Assembly (NCBI GenBank): GCA_009103225.1 | Contig: RHPI01001116.1 | Span: forward strand, 968,861-1,032,860 | Reading direction: 5' to 3' | DNA length: 64,000 nt | Origin: Chlorokybus atmophyticus | Lineage: Eukaryota > Plantae > Mesostigma and Chlorokybus algae | Shown here: piece by piece, positions 12,534-25,898 of the stretch | Position numbering within the stretch: position 1 is the stretch's first letter | Layout of the letters: every line of letters begins with the position of its first letter | Translations under genes and position numbers: made by a program | Notes under the pieces: model-generated | Database searches by the model: none | Told to the model about the DNA's origin: nothing | The model's input: the letters and a program-made list of their open reading frames with translations, nothing else

Positions 12534-15500
12534 ATGGCGAAGCGGAAGGCGCCTGGTGCCGGAGGCGGCGGTGCGGGCCTGAACGGCGAGGAGGATTTCC
12601 CTCGAGGTGTGTGTTGTTACTGCTGCTTGTTGCGCAAGTAACAATTGCCATGACGATTGTTCTGGCTTAGCTTCAATTGTGACATTGGTCGCATGCAAAT
12701 CCTCTGTCAAGAGCTGCGTATCATGCTCGTCTGCATGGTGCAACAGGGCTTTCACACTGTTTTGCTTTGCTTTGCTTTGCTGATTTACCGCGCCTTTGAG
12801 CTCACCCAGTGTTCGCATGCACTTTGTCCTTGTCCTGTTAAGCGAAAGAGCGACTTACGTCTCATCTCGTTGCTGGGTTCATCACGTGTCAACGATGTTG
12901 TGTGACAACGTCGTGTTGTTGTGTTACTGTTGTAAAGTGGGAAGTGACAGTGCTTTACTTTTAATCTAATTGAAAGTTAGATTTCAAGAAACGTACTGCC
13001 TGTATGTATACAAGCTGCAAGTGCATGCTGTGTGTGAGTTGCCATTGAGGCTGCAGCTTCACAACAAGCACGCCCATGTAGCTATTCCATCATCGTCATC
13101 GTCGTCATCAACATCATCACCTCCACCATCGTCATTACCATCATCATCCTCATCATCTTTCAGGTGGTGCTAGTGTGTTGACTCCCCTTGAGCTTCGCGA
13201 GGCCCGCGAGGAGGCCGAGCGCGACTTCTTCCGTTCCGCTGGCGGCGCGGCAGAGGCCGGCGCGGGCGTCAAGCGCAGGAAGAAGAAGGAAATGACTCTT
13301 GATGACGATGGTGGTGACGCCGCGGTGGATGCCGACGACGGCGCGTTCTTAAGCAGCATCGGAGCGAAGCTGCCAAAACACGTCGGATTGCTCACGTTCA
13401 AGGTACATTGGGTTGGCGCGAGTTCGTGGAAGTTTGTTCAGTTGGGTATATCAACTTAACAACGTGTTGTTGTGCTTGAGCAGGGGCTTGCTGTTGGGAT
13501 GAAGCTGTGGGGCATTATCGCCGACATCAGCCGCAATGACCTGACCATCAGCCTGCCCAACGGGTTGCGCGGATTCGTGCCTTACAAGATGGCGTCGGAC
13601 GTGCTAGCAAACGCACGCAATGACGACGACGACGAGGTGCGCGCGAGTACCACATACCCAACATAACATGCATTTCCACTCTTACCCATGTGTTGTTGAC
13701 TCTTACCCATGTGCAGGAGTCTGCCCCAAAGCTGGCAGAGCTGTTCAGAGATGGCCAGCTTGTGCAGTGCGTTGTGGTCGGGTTGGGTGAGACGAAGCCG
13801 AAGAAGAAAGAAAGCAGCAAAGGAGACGGGAGAAAGGCCGGCAAACGCATCGAGTTATCAATGCTACTATCTGCTGTCAATGATGGTCTCAGCTTTGACA
13901 CTCTCCACCAAGACATGGTAAGGGTGTTTCACTGTAATGTGTATGTGCGCTTGTTGGGTTGGTTGCTCACATGTATGTGTTGATCTTGTTCAGGTTGTTA
14001 CTGCGTGCGTGAAGAGTGTGGAGGATCACGGGTGCGTGCTGGCTTTCGGGCCGCCGAAGATTACGGGCTTTTTACTCAACAGCGATCGCCAGCCGTCGGC
14101 AGGTATTGTGTCGCACACACGTAAGCCAGCATTGTTGACAGTCTGCATGCCTGATGTCGGTTTGCTTGCACAGATACGACCGTGCCATCGCCACTGCAAG
14201 AAGGCCAGCTGGTGTCTGTCATCATCAAGAGCGTCGACAAGGCCAAGAGGCTCGTCTCTGTGCGAGAGGACGTCAAAGCCGCAGCAAGCACAGCTGTAAG
14301 TGAGCGTGTGCGTGTAAGTGAGCGTGTGCGTGTGCGTGTGTTGTGCAACTCAGTGCGACATCCCTGCAGGTCAAAGAAGTGGAGGGGTTGACGCTTCAGT
14401 CGCTCACGCCGGGCATGCTTGTCAATGCGCGCGTACGCGCGGTTCTCCCCGATGGGTTGTTGTGCCTCTTCCTGACTTACTTCACCGGAACAGTAAGACA
14501 ACATGGTTTTATGACACAAGAAGTGTATGTTATCCCTCACAGTTTGCTGACCCTCCACTCATCAGGTGGACATCTATCATCTTGACGACGTGTGCCCGAC
14601 TCAAAGCCTGAGTCAGAAGTTTGCAGTCAATCAGCGACTGCGAGCGCGCATTCTATACATTGACGTCTTGACAAAAAGAATCGGGCTCACATTGCAACCG
14701 CGCCTGCTCAATCTCTCACCGATCCCACAGGTTTGTTACTCATCACGCTTTTGATAGTTTGCACGCAATGGCCTTGTAACATGTGGGGTTTGTTGTAACA
14801 GCGGTTGCCGATCGGTGCAATGGTGGAGAACGCGGTGATAAAGAGGATCGACGCAGATGTGGGTATGTTGTTGGAGGCGCCCGATCGCGTGGGTGCATAC
14901 GTCCACATATCCAATGTGTCGGATGAGAAGGTGGATAAGCTTGACAAGCAGTATAAAAAGGGTCAGAAGGTAAAGGGTAGAGTCATTGGCTTCCGCCCGA
15001 TGGACAACCTCCTCAACGTGGCGTTGAAACCATCCGTAGTTGAACAAAACATATTATCAATAGCCGACATGAAACCCGGGATGATGATGAAGGCGAGTGT
15101 GGCATCGGTGCACCCTTTCGGCGTGTTCTTCGCCCTCACCGATGGCGTGAAGGCGTTGTGTCCGTTGACTCACCTATCCGACGTGCCGATGCTGAAGCCG
15201 AGTTCGAAGTTCAAAGCGGGCGCGAAGATGAAAGTGCGCGTGCTGTCGGTAGAGCCTATTGAAAAAAAGGTTGTGGTTACGCATAAGAAGACACTCATGA
15301 ACTCCAAGTTGCCCGTCCTCGCGGATTATGCACACGCCATGGAGGGCGTCGTCACGCACGGCGTCATCACCGGCGTGCAAGAGTACGGATGCTTCGTATC
15401 CTTATACGGCAACGTCAGGGGCCTCGCACACAGGTATAATGTTGGCACGCTGCGTCAAACACAAAATAGTTGCTTCTCTCTGATAGTGTAACCTTTTGTT

Positions 15501-18500
15501 CGCAGCTCTGAGTTGGGTATCGGGGCAACGGACAACCCGGCAGACTGCTTCAAGGTGGGTCAGGTTGTCAAATGTCGTGTCGTGCGTGCCAACCCGCAAG
15601 AAGAGCGCATCGCGTTGTCCTTCATGACCACGCGCACCACCGACAACAATGGCACAACAACAAACCCACAATCCAGCGCATTGCATGACATTGAGGTGGG
15701 GTCGATCGTGTCGGGTACGGTGCGTGCGATGAAAGCCGATAGAGACAGGTTGGTTGTCAACGTCCCCGCCGGCGATGTGTTCGTGAAAGGCGTGTTGTTG
15801 TTTAGCCACTTGTCGGACAACAAAGAGCACGCCGAGGCGATGTCGCAGCTGCTTAGAGTGGGCGATGAGTTGCCGAGGCTGCTCGTGGTGCACAAAGATG
15901 AGAGCAAAGGGATGCTACACCTCAGCATGAAACCGCTGCTCATCGCGTCTGCCACAACCATGCCCAAGTCTGTGTCTGACCTCCGCCAACGCGGCATATA
16001 CCATGTAAGCCACACGGCATTGCACTTGCGTGCATCGCTGAGACTGATTATTGTTTTGTTCTCAATTTAAAGGGGTTTGCTGCGAGCATCAATTCGCATG
16101 GCGTGTTCGTTCGCTTCCTCAACAATGTCACTGGCCTCGCCACAATCGGCCAGGTACAGCACACACAAGCGCGCGAGTGTGCACACATACACATACATGC
16201 CCGTATCATTATGCATGTTCTGATTATCAAGTCGGTGTGTGCAGTTGGCGGACACGTTTGTGAGCGACGTGTCGCAGCACTTTAGCGCCGGCCAGACTGT
16301 GCGTGCTCAAGTGTTGGAGGTCGACGAGTCCACGCACAAGTTCCAGCTCAGTCTGAAGCAATCCGCATGCGCTTCATCCGACGCCAGATTAATGGAACAC
16401 TATTTCGCCGAAGAGAGGCGCATAGCTGAGCTGAAAGCGCGTGCCGAAGAGGGTGGGGAGGAGGGGTCTTTAGATTGGGAGAGAGAGTTTCATGTTGGGG
16501 AGATGAAAGAAGCCGTCGTGCGTGAGGTGTTGGATTATGGCATTGTGCTGGACTTCCCCACGCACGGCGACCTGGTTGGGTTCGCCGCGCGACACCAGGT
16601 GGAGGATGATGTTGATGCGGGTGATAAAGTGGTGACGCGCGTGCTGGATGTGAACCTGAGGGAAGGAATTGTTGATGTGAGCTTGAAGAAGAAGCTTGTC
16701 ACGGCAGCAGGTAAGCTATGGTCAGAAGCCGTGCTATTACGCGTGTGCGTGCACACATGTGTGCGTCCGCGTGTGCATATGTGCATGTATGTGCGTGCGT
16801 GCGTGCGTGCGTGCGCGTGACGGCGTGTGAGTGAGATGTATCATTCATCGCAGGTGGGAGTAAGAGGAAGGCTAGTGCGAAGCTGCAGGGCATAGTCCAG
16901 GGCGTTGTGGAGTTGGTGAAGGCCGATTACTTGGTGTTGTCTCTGCCAGAGTACGAGCACAAGATCGCTTTCGCCGCCACGAAGGACTACAACCTCCAGC
17001 TGGTGGACGCGCACACGCGCTTCCACCCCGGCCAACACTTGCAGGCGGCCGTGCACACAATCGGCGATCGTGTCCTCGTGCACATAACGGTGGCGAGCGA
17101 CAAGCCTGTGCAGAGCAACAAGTCTCCCGGTGGCCGTCGTGTGAGGAACACCCCTCCCGTGCACTCGCTGGTGGAGTGCAAGGTCACCGCCCTCCACGCC
17201 CTCTACGCGGACGTCATCGTCGGGTACCACATACGCGGGCGGATACACGTGTCCGAGGCCACGGACGAGCCAGAACCCAACACAAACCCACTCGCATCTT
17301 TACTCAAGTCGGGACAGACCGTCACAGCCAAGGTGCTCGGCCTCGTCGGCAACCCGGCCAGCAACCCCGCCAAGCACGACGCACGCCTGGAACTCACCAT
17401 CAAAAGCTCAGAGCTTGCCACCGCTACCATGCCAGCCGTGGACGCGGATGTTAACGTCGACAACAACAATGATGCAGATGCAGATGCAGATGCTGATGCT
17501 GATGCTGATGCAGATGCTGCAGGCAACATCGGCGTGTCGCTTGAAACTATTGCCGTCGGGCAACGCATCTGGGGCTTTGTACAGGTAAAGAGGGGGAGTC
17601 CACATCAGGTGTTGTGTTTCTCAGGTGGTGCTTGTGGAAACTGAGTCTGTGCATGAATGTCAGGAACTGTCGGACAATTGGCTTTGGGTTGTGTTGTCTC
17701 CCCACGTGCGTGGCCGCATGCGTCCTCCCAAGCATGCGTCAAAGACTAGTCTCGATCCCGGATCCGCGCTGAAGTGTCGCGTGACGGGTCGCGACCTCTC
17801 CCGTCGCACGCTGGACTTGACCCTCGCGGACGACGACGACGCCGCCCGCATGGGAGGCACGGCCGCCGCCAGCGACGAGCAGGTGGTGCCCGGAGCCGTG
17901 CTCACGGGACAGGTCACGAAGGTGAACCACGGGGACGGAGTCATCGTGCAGATCAGTCCCAACAGGTTTGGACGAGTGCACGTCACGGATGTAGCGGACA
18001 AGTACTGGAATAGGCCACTCAATGGATGCGCGCCGGGACGCTTCTTCCGTTGCGTCGTGCTGCAGGTGAGTGTGTTGTGGGGTGTGCGTTTATAAGCCTC
18101 CGAAAGTCGTGCTCAATGAGGGTTTGCGTTGCGTCGGGGTACACATATAAGCACACAGATGCATGCGCGCGCTAGAGCAACGCGCGCGCGCATGCACGCA
18201 TCTGTGCATAAACGCATGCGCAACGGGTTTAACAAGTCAGCGTGCGCATGCACACAATGACTCGTTGAACCTGTTATTGATGCGGGCGACATCGTGCACT
18301 CGATTCCCATCCTCGTGTTCTTCTCAGGTGGCTGGGGATAATAAGGTGGATTTGTCGTCGAGAGTGTCGTTGGGCGGTTGCGGCGGCGCGATGGCATTGG
18401 AGCCTCATGACGCAAAGGACGAGGTGGAGCCGACACGGGTTCAGTCGATATCCGACCTGCGTCCTGGGATGAAAGTCCACGGCTTTGTGAAATCCAGCAC

Positions 18501-20675
18501 CGGCGTGGGTTGTTTCGTCCACCTGTCGCGCGACATCACCGCCCGCGTGAAGATATCGGAGCTGTCGGACCTCTTTATACCCGACCCCGTATCGGAGTTT
18601 CCGCCGGGCACACTTGTGTGTGGGACAGTCCTTAGTGCCGACACGTTGTCCAACCGCGTGGAGTTGACGCTCAAGTCAAAGTCCACATCACACATGAGTT
18701 TGAAGGATTTGACTCCCGGGCAGCGTGTGAAGGGTGTCGTGCGAAGGGTCGAGTCGTACGGCGTGTTCATCACCGTGTTGGACACGTCTCTCACGGGACT
18801 CTGCCACATATCCGAAGCGGGAGACACGTTCATCAAAGACTTGCAGTCCAAGTTCAAGCCTGGCGATAGAGTCGATGCCGTCGTCGTGCAAGTTGATGTG
18901 GACGCGAATAGGCTTTCGTTCTCGATGAAGCCTTCGAAGATGCGTGACGATGAGGATGAGGTGGATGATGAGGACATGGATGATGAGGTGATGCGTGACG
19001 AGGGTGCTGTTGAGCTTGATCTTGAAGAGGATGTTGATGAGGAGGAAGAGGAAGAGGCCGATGCCTTGCATGACGAAGAGGAGGTGGTCGATGCTGACGG
19101 TGATGCTGCTCAGACTGACGAGGTATGCGCCATGCTAATGTGACGTATGTGTTTGTGCGCGGGCGCGTGGCACAAGCTGAGCTATGGATGGTCACAAGCA
19201 GGACGAGGAGGAGGAGGACGAGGAGGATGAAGCTGATGTGCATGGAGCCAAAGGTGCCGATGACGACGATGTTGCACCTTTAGAGGTTGATCTGGAAGAC
19301 CACGCAATTGACGGTAACCGACAAAAAGAAGAAGACGATCACAACGATGCCACTGATGATGATGATGGGGCCGATGCCGCGAAGAAGAAGCGTTCTCGGC
19401 GTGTGAAGCTTCGCGAGCGGGAAGAAAGGGAGGCCGCGATACGTGCGGCCGAACAGGCGCGTCTCGATGGGGCCGCTCCCGCCACGACCGAAGATTACGA
19501 GAGGCTCGTGGCGGCATCGCCCAACTCGTCGTACGTGTGGATCCGCTACATGGCGTTCCTCATCTCACTCACGGAAGTGGACAAGGCTCGCGCCGTGGCT
19601 GAGCGCGCACTCAACACGATACACTACAGGTAGGTGTGAGTGTGCATGTGCATGTGCATGGGCGTGTGCGTGTGTGGCGGTGGAAGGGCACGTATGTGTG
19701 TTGTTTGTTGATGTTGGGTTGTATGAGAGTCGTTATGAAATGGTGTATGAGAGTCTTATTGATATGGTACATGTGTTCATCAGAGAGGAGGAGGAGAAGA
19801 TGAACGTTTGGGTCGCGTACCTGAACCTTGAGAACACGTACGGGTCTCCACCAAAGGAGGCCGTGATGAAGCTGTTCCAGAGGGCGACGCAGCAGACCGA
19901 CCCGAAGAAGGTCCACCTGGCGCTGATCGGTATCTTCGAACGCACCCAACAACCTGACATGGCCCTGCAGATGCTAACAGCCGCCACAAAGAAGTTCAAC
20001 ACCAGTGCGAAGGTAAGTGTGTCAAGTTGTTGAACAAACCCGTCATGTGGTATTGCATAGTCACTTGTGGCCTAACAGCAAACTTCCTCAGGTATGGTTG
20101 CGTTTGATTGCATTTCATCTCAAGCAAGGCGACGGTGATGCTGGGAAGAAGGTGTTGGAGAGGTCACTCGCTTCCCTACCGAAGCGCAAGCACGTGAAGG
20201 TCATATCCCGTGCGGGTGTGCTGGAGTATAAGCAGGGTTCGCCTGACCGCGCACGTGCCATCTTTGAAGGCATACTGCAAAACTACCCCAAGCGCGTGGA
20301 CTTGTGGAGCATCTACCTGGATCAGGTTTGTGTTTGTCCACCAAAGGGTGGGAACCATACAGCACAACAATGCATGTCTTATAAACATGTCTGCTTATGC
20401 AGGAGATACGGCTGGGAGACCAGCAGCTCATTAGGCTGCTGTTTGAGAGGGCGACAAGCCTGGAGTTGGCACCCAAAAAGATGAAGGTGAGAGGGTTTGG
20501 CGTTGTTGGCACTTTAGTTTGTGTGCTTGCTTGGTGCTCACTACTGCTTTGTGTTTGCCGGCAGTTTTTGTTCAAGCGCTATCTGGAATACGAAAAGGCG
20601 CATGGTGATGCAACCAGCATGGAACTTGTGAAGACGAAAGCAATGGAGTATGTCGAGAGCAAGGTTGCCACGTAA
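12534..20675 (+). CDS. RRP5: rRNA biogenesis protein RRP5 (multiple S1 domains + C-terminal HAT/TPR), ~19 exons
   Basis: ATG 12534; exon 1/2 splice gives EEDFPRG|GASVLTPLE (RRP5 N-terminal motif). Repeated S1 motifs (GVFFAL..LCPLTHLSD, GCFVHLSRDITARVKISELSD), acidic linker, SPNSSYVWIRYMAFLI, EEKMNVWVAYLNLENTYG, KRVDLWSIYLDQ, FLFKRYLEYEK; stop TAA 20675. Confidence 0.96.
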
Positions 20676-21193
20676 CAGGTTGTGTTGTTGGTTGGCGTGC
20701 TGTTCAATGATATGGTTGACAGCATGTACGAGCTGTATTATGTTGACTGGTTACTGCGGCCATGGGATGGTGTCGGGCGCTTGCTCAGGAAAATTGCATG
20801 TTTAACAATGCTCAGTTATCAGTTGTGGCCAACAAGTATGGTACACAGCATAACCCTGCTGTCCACTGAGTCGCTAAAGAAGTCGCTTGCTTGAGTTCTA
20901 CCTTACTTAATTGCTGAGGCGACGCTTCAGCACTGGGCTCTGGTTGGGATACGACAAGCAAGAATCACACAGTTACCTGTTGTGTCACTTCTTGTCACCA
21001 AAACACGTGTTGAACCTCACCATGCACAGCAGTAGTAGTGCTGTTTAAATGGGACACTTGCCAGGCATAGCCTGATTAGCATAAATCAATGACGGCATTT
21101 GCTCAACCACTGTCAGGCTTCTACCACCAATTATTGCACCACTGCAGCAAAGCTGACAGCACAACAGGAAAAGCGAGTAAAAGTAGCTGCGGG

Positions 21194-24100
21194 CTATTGC
21201 AGCATGTGCACCATCTGACTGTTCACAAGTGCAGCATAAGCACCGCCGCGAATGAGTAGCTCTTGATGAGAGCCGATCTCGGCCACTTTGCCCGCATCCA
21301 TCACAACAATTTGGTCAGCTGACTGCACAGTGGACAGCCGGTGGGCGATGATCACAGTTGTCCTGCCCTTGACAAGCCTGTCCAGCGCTTGCTGCACAAG
21401 GCGCTCGCTGCGCGAGTCCAGTGCACTGGTGGCTTCATCCAAAACAAGAATGGGAGAATCCTGCGCGACACAGCTCGCAGTGAGACACAGTGTTGCTGAC
21501 AACTTGTTGTACCAGATGCTCCATGAGTGCAACACAAGCTCACGCAGCATGAGGGTCAAGGTACCTTCAGGAGTGCTCTTGCAATGGCAACGCGTTGCCT
21601 CTGACCGCCACTCAACAGTGAGCCTCGCTCGCCTACGACGGTGTCGTACCCTTGAGGGAGTTTGGTAATGAATTCATGCGCATTGGCGGCTGTTGCTGCT
21701 CTTATAACATCTTCGCGAGTACATTGTCCCCGGAAAGCGCCGTACGCAATGTTATCTGCAACGCTCATCGCAAACAACACCGGCTCCTGGCTCACGAATG
21801 CTACAGCCTCAGCCCACTCAGCGGAGTCAAATGCCGTGATGTCTATACCGCTTAGCGTGATGCGGCCACCTTGAGTCTGCACGTACAGCATTTTGCACAT
21901 TTTGTACATAGAGCAAGCTGCATTTATAAGCCAGTTGCATGAAGATGCGAAATGCTCATCAACGCCAACTGCACAACCATCCCAACAGGTGTAAAAAGTA
22001 ACATCCAGCAACTGAAATTGTGACCTACCTCGTAGAAGCGGGCGATAAGCTGCGCCACAGTGGACTTGCCTGCGCCACTCGCACCAACCAGGGCGGTCAC
22101 TTTACCATTGGGGAATGTTAGGTCATAGCTGTTCAGTGCTGGAGCTGATGGTCGCAAAGGATATGTGAAACGCACAGACTGGAACACCAGGTCGCCCTGC
22201 GCAGCAACACCATGTAGTTTATTATGCAGCAGGAAATGGCATGACATGCGGCATGCTGTTGGAGTTCTGCGGCAGATGCATACCTGAATAGCCGCTTGAC
22301 ATGCCCGATTCTGCATGTTTATTCCGCCGCAAAAGAAGCCGACATCTACACATGATCGCTTCTCTTCACCTATGACGCTTTTAGCAAGCAACTTGTTCGT
22401 TGCTTGCACCTGTTGCAACAGCATTAATGAAAAGCTGTGCAACAAGTGCAAGTGATGTACGGCATACATACCTCTAAGCTTGCGCGCTTGAGACCGCGTT
22501 TAATCCCAGTTGCAGTTAGCCCTGAAGTAGTGTCGTTGATGCGCGCAATAGCGAGGGAAGCCCGCCGAGCATCAGAAAACGTAGTAATAAGACCCTGCAA
22601 TCAGCAATGAGTTGTCCGCTGCCAGGTGCTTCACACAATCACACAACCAGATGTTGATTTCATAAGGACCACAATTGCATTGCTGGTTTCGACTTAGTCG
22701 AGTGAAACATACCATATTCAACATGCATGTAACTTGGCACTCACCTGTACTGCAAATGTGAGCGTAAAGGTGTACCCAATAAACGACACCAGAACTGATA
22801 CAGGTAGCTGTCCAGCCTTTACTAGCCTTGAGCCTAGCATGTACAGCGCAAAGATGGACACATAAACTGCGCTCCTGTTGAAGGCCTCCAGTTGTGACTG
22901 CACACATTGAACCAATGATCAGCTTGTGATGCAACACTGCTTCTGCAACATCTAATCAGAGGTAAAGACCCAAGCAAGATGTACCCGCAGCGGCACACAA
23001 GGCTTGAGAGTGTAGCAAACAACCATACAAATATGTTTTGCAACACCGCACCTTGAGCCTGCCAATCTGCAGCTGAGCTTGATAGAGAGCATTCACACGC
23101 TTATCGTAGCGCTGAAACTCCAGCACTTCGCCTGCATAGGAGCGAATCGTTCTGACCGCAGAGAAGCTCTCCCCGGCCGTCTGCACCAAATCCGAAGCAG
23201 CCACCGATGCTTGCTTGAACACGCCCAAAACCGACTTGGAGTACACCGCTGCAGACAATTGCTAACATGTCAACACTAGACTGTAAGGGCATAAGAAGGC
23301 CTTCTATGTCTATACGATAGATGCTGTGCTGCACGAATGCTGGGCAATAACTGTTGCAAATCATAACCAATTGCTATACACCTGCCGCTCCTGCAACAGT
23401 GATGATGAGGGAAGCCAGGACTGGGGCCAGCTGCGGCGCCAAAGCAAACAGCCAGAATATGACGCCAACACCTTCAAGAAGCGCCCTGAAACCGCGGTCC
23501 TTGCCGAGATTGTCGACCAATACTTCTTTGATTCGCTGCACGTCTTCTGAGAGCAACGCTTGCAACTCCCCCACCTTGTGCCTGTCAAAGAACTCCACCT
23601 GAGAGAACGATGCTTCCGTTATGTACACTACTGCTGAGACAAGTGAAGATCCGCTGTTGAATGTCTCAACAATGATGCAAGTGCTGAAAGTGATTGCGTT
23701 GCAACATGCGTGTACCTTTTGTGTTAGTATGGAGCGAAAGACTCTTGAACGAACACCCGCCATGACATGCTCTGCGGCGGACGAAGTGCACCGTACATAA
23801 ACTAGCGTGCTCAGTGGCTCACATATGTACAACACTGCTAGCCTCTGTAGCAGAGGAGCAATTGGCGTTGGCCTGACACCAGCCAGTGCCTCAAACAGGC
23901 GTCCTGCATGTATGACAACACTCAACTACACAAGTCGTACAGCAATGCTGTTGCACAGGTTAAATTGCGAACTTGCAGGCCTAAGCATACACTACATTAC
24001 TTGAAACAGCGCAGAGCCGCTGCGCTGTTTCAAGTAATGTAGTGTATGCTTTGCTGCAAGCATGAACTTCATAAATTGTCATCAAGCTGTGCACCTGACG

Positions 24101-25382
24101 TTATTGGCAGGAGAAGTGTGCAAACGGCGCCAACTGCGGCAGCCACCGCTGCTGCTAACAATTTTGGCCACTGATTCCTGCACCAACATGGACCGTGTCA
24201 TGGACTAGACTATATGCGACCGGGACAATATTGCAACAGGGAGCCCACCTTGCCAAACACCAAAAGAAGTAACGGGTAAGCTGAGGCGTTTGGCGAAACT
24301 CTTCGCGGCCTTCTGCTTCCACCTGAGGTTGCGAAGGATATGAAGGCAAAAATCAGCGCACTGTCCCCGCCGCCCCCNTCCTCCACCCCCCGCCTCCCTC
24401 CCTCCCCCTTCCAGGAACATGTCTCGGATTTCGATGAATTGCTAGCTCCATAATAGTGCTATGAGCTGTACTGAGCGCGGTTACGTGCGTATGACAAGCT
24501 ATACCGACAGCATGCACAGGCCAAACGGAGCAACAAATCAACCATTGTCCTGTTCCAGGTGCCACCCAGGATTGGTGTGCAGCAATCTGCAGGCTACTCA
24601 CAGACTGTACATCCAATATAATGCAGACCACTGCAGCAACTCGCGTGATACCTTGTTGGCAAGCGTGCAGAATGCCTTACTGTGTTACTACAAGTCTACT
24701 TCGTGGCTGCACAGCATCGCGATTCGCAGCCGGTAGCAACGGTGTGAGCGATCTGACCCAGCATGCCATGCCAAGCTGCTCGATGCTGGTGAAGCAAAGC
24801 ATAGCGACAAGAATGCGCTGCCAAACCCGCCATCAGGCACATGCAGATGCACTACTTGACAAAGCATGCTGTGGCAGATGACATTGGTGGCGGCTTGCCT
24901 CGTATGACATCACACAAGCATACTCTTGCTACAATCATACTCTTACTGCTTTGCATGCATTGTGTACCCCTCCAGTGCACTACAGACTGAGTATACCTCC
25001 TGAAGAAAGTCCAACGAGGGTTGAAATTGTCCATTGCCAAAGTCCAGCAGGTCCGGTCCAGCGGGCGTAGCAGCGCCAGCAACAGCAAACACTGTGCCGG
25101 AGTGTTCCCTTCTCAGCGTTGGTGCCTGCCGACACCTGCTCTTGCGCAACTGGCTTTGGCTGAATTGCAATCTGCAGTACAATTGCACAATTAGCGGCCT
25201 GCAGCATTGGCCGGTGAGAGAAGAGTGTTAGATAGGCTGAGCAGCACTTACGGGTGAGTGAGACAAGAAGAGGACAGCCGGGAGCTGCGTTGAAGTACTT
25301 GAGCCTGGCGCCGGTTTTGTTGTGATGGGCAGCTAGCAAGCGTTGCACTCACGCAGACTGGCTTCAATGAGACAGACGCCAT
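21194..25382 (-). CDS. ABCB28: ABC-B half transporter, ABCB28/NAP8-like, probably plastid-targeted; start approximate
   Basis: Exons give [51 protein letters not shown], Walker [46 protein letters not shown]; stop 21194. Start inferred at 25382 ([18 protein letters not shown].., transit-like). Confidence 0.88.
23983..24051. repeat. Perfect intronic inverted repeat (32-bp stem, 5-nt loop) in ABCB28
   Basis: 23983-24014 is the exact reverse complement of 24020-24051; imperfect extension (CTTGCAG/CTGCAAG) to ~23972-24060. Confidence 0.95.
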
Positions 25383-25898
25383 CTCTCCGCGTGGATAACA
25401 GAAGCTTACGCCTGTCGCTCTAGCACCATTCTGACAGTGCTAAGCAGTGCTAAGCAATCAAAGGTAAACCCTCACACCCAGGCTTCCAAGCAGGCCTTCT
25501 TGCTGCTTGCTTGCTGCAATCGCATGCACCAGACTTGGCTGTCAGGAAAGCCCGATTCTGGCTCCCAGCCGCAGCGCATGCACAGCCTTTCAACAGCACG
25601 TCCGCTGTTGAAGGAACTCTCTGTCTTTGGGACCAGCGCCTCCGCAGAGCTCGCTCACCAGCTCGCCCGCCGCCACGCCCGCCGCCACGCAAAGTAGCGG
25701 CACTGGCTCTGCCAGCTGGCGTGGCAGTGACATCAATATTGTGCTTGTTGAAGTTGATGCTCGTGCCAAGTCATCACTGCTGCGGCTATGGTGATATCAC
25801 TTATACCTGCGATATATCGCACAAATTAGGGCTACAAACTTTGACCAAATATCTCAGACTAACCCTGCGGCGGCGTTGCCGCCCGCGTTGGGCGCCGC

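Noticed and set aside
17585-17624. Apparent 40-nt mini-intron in RRP5
   Set aside because: The in-frame acceptor at 17663 gives a normal 79-nt intron and a better S1 alignment (FVQ|ELSDNWLWV).
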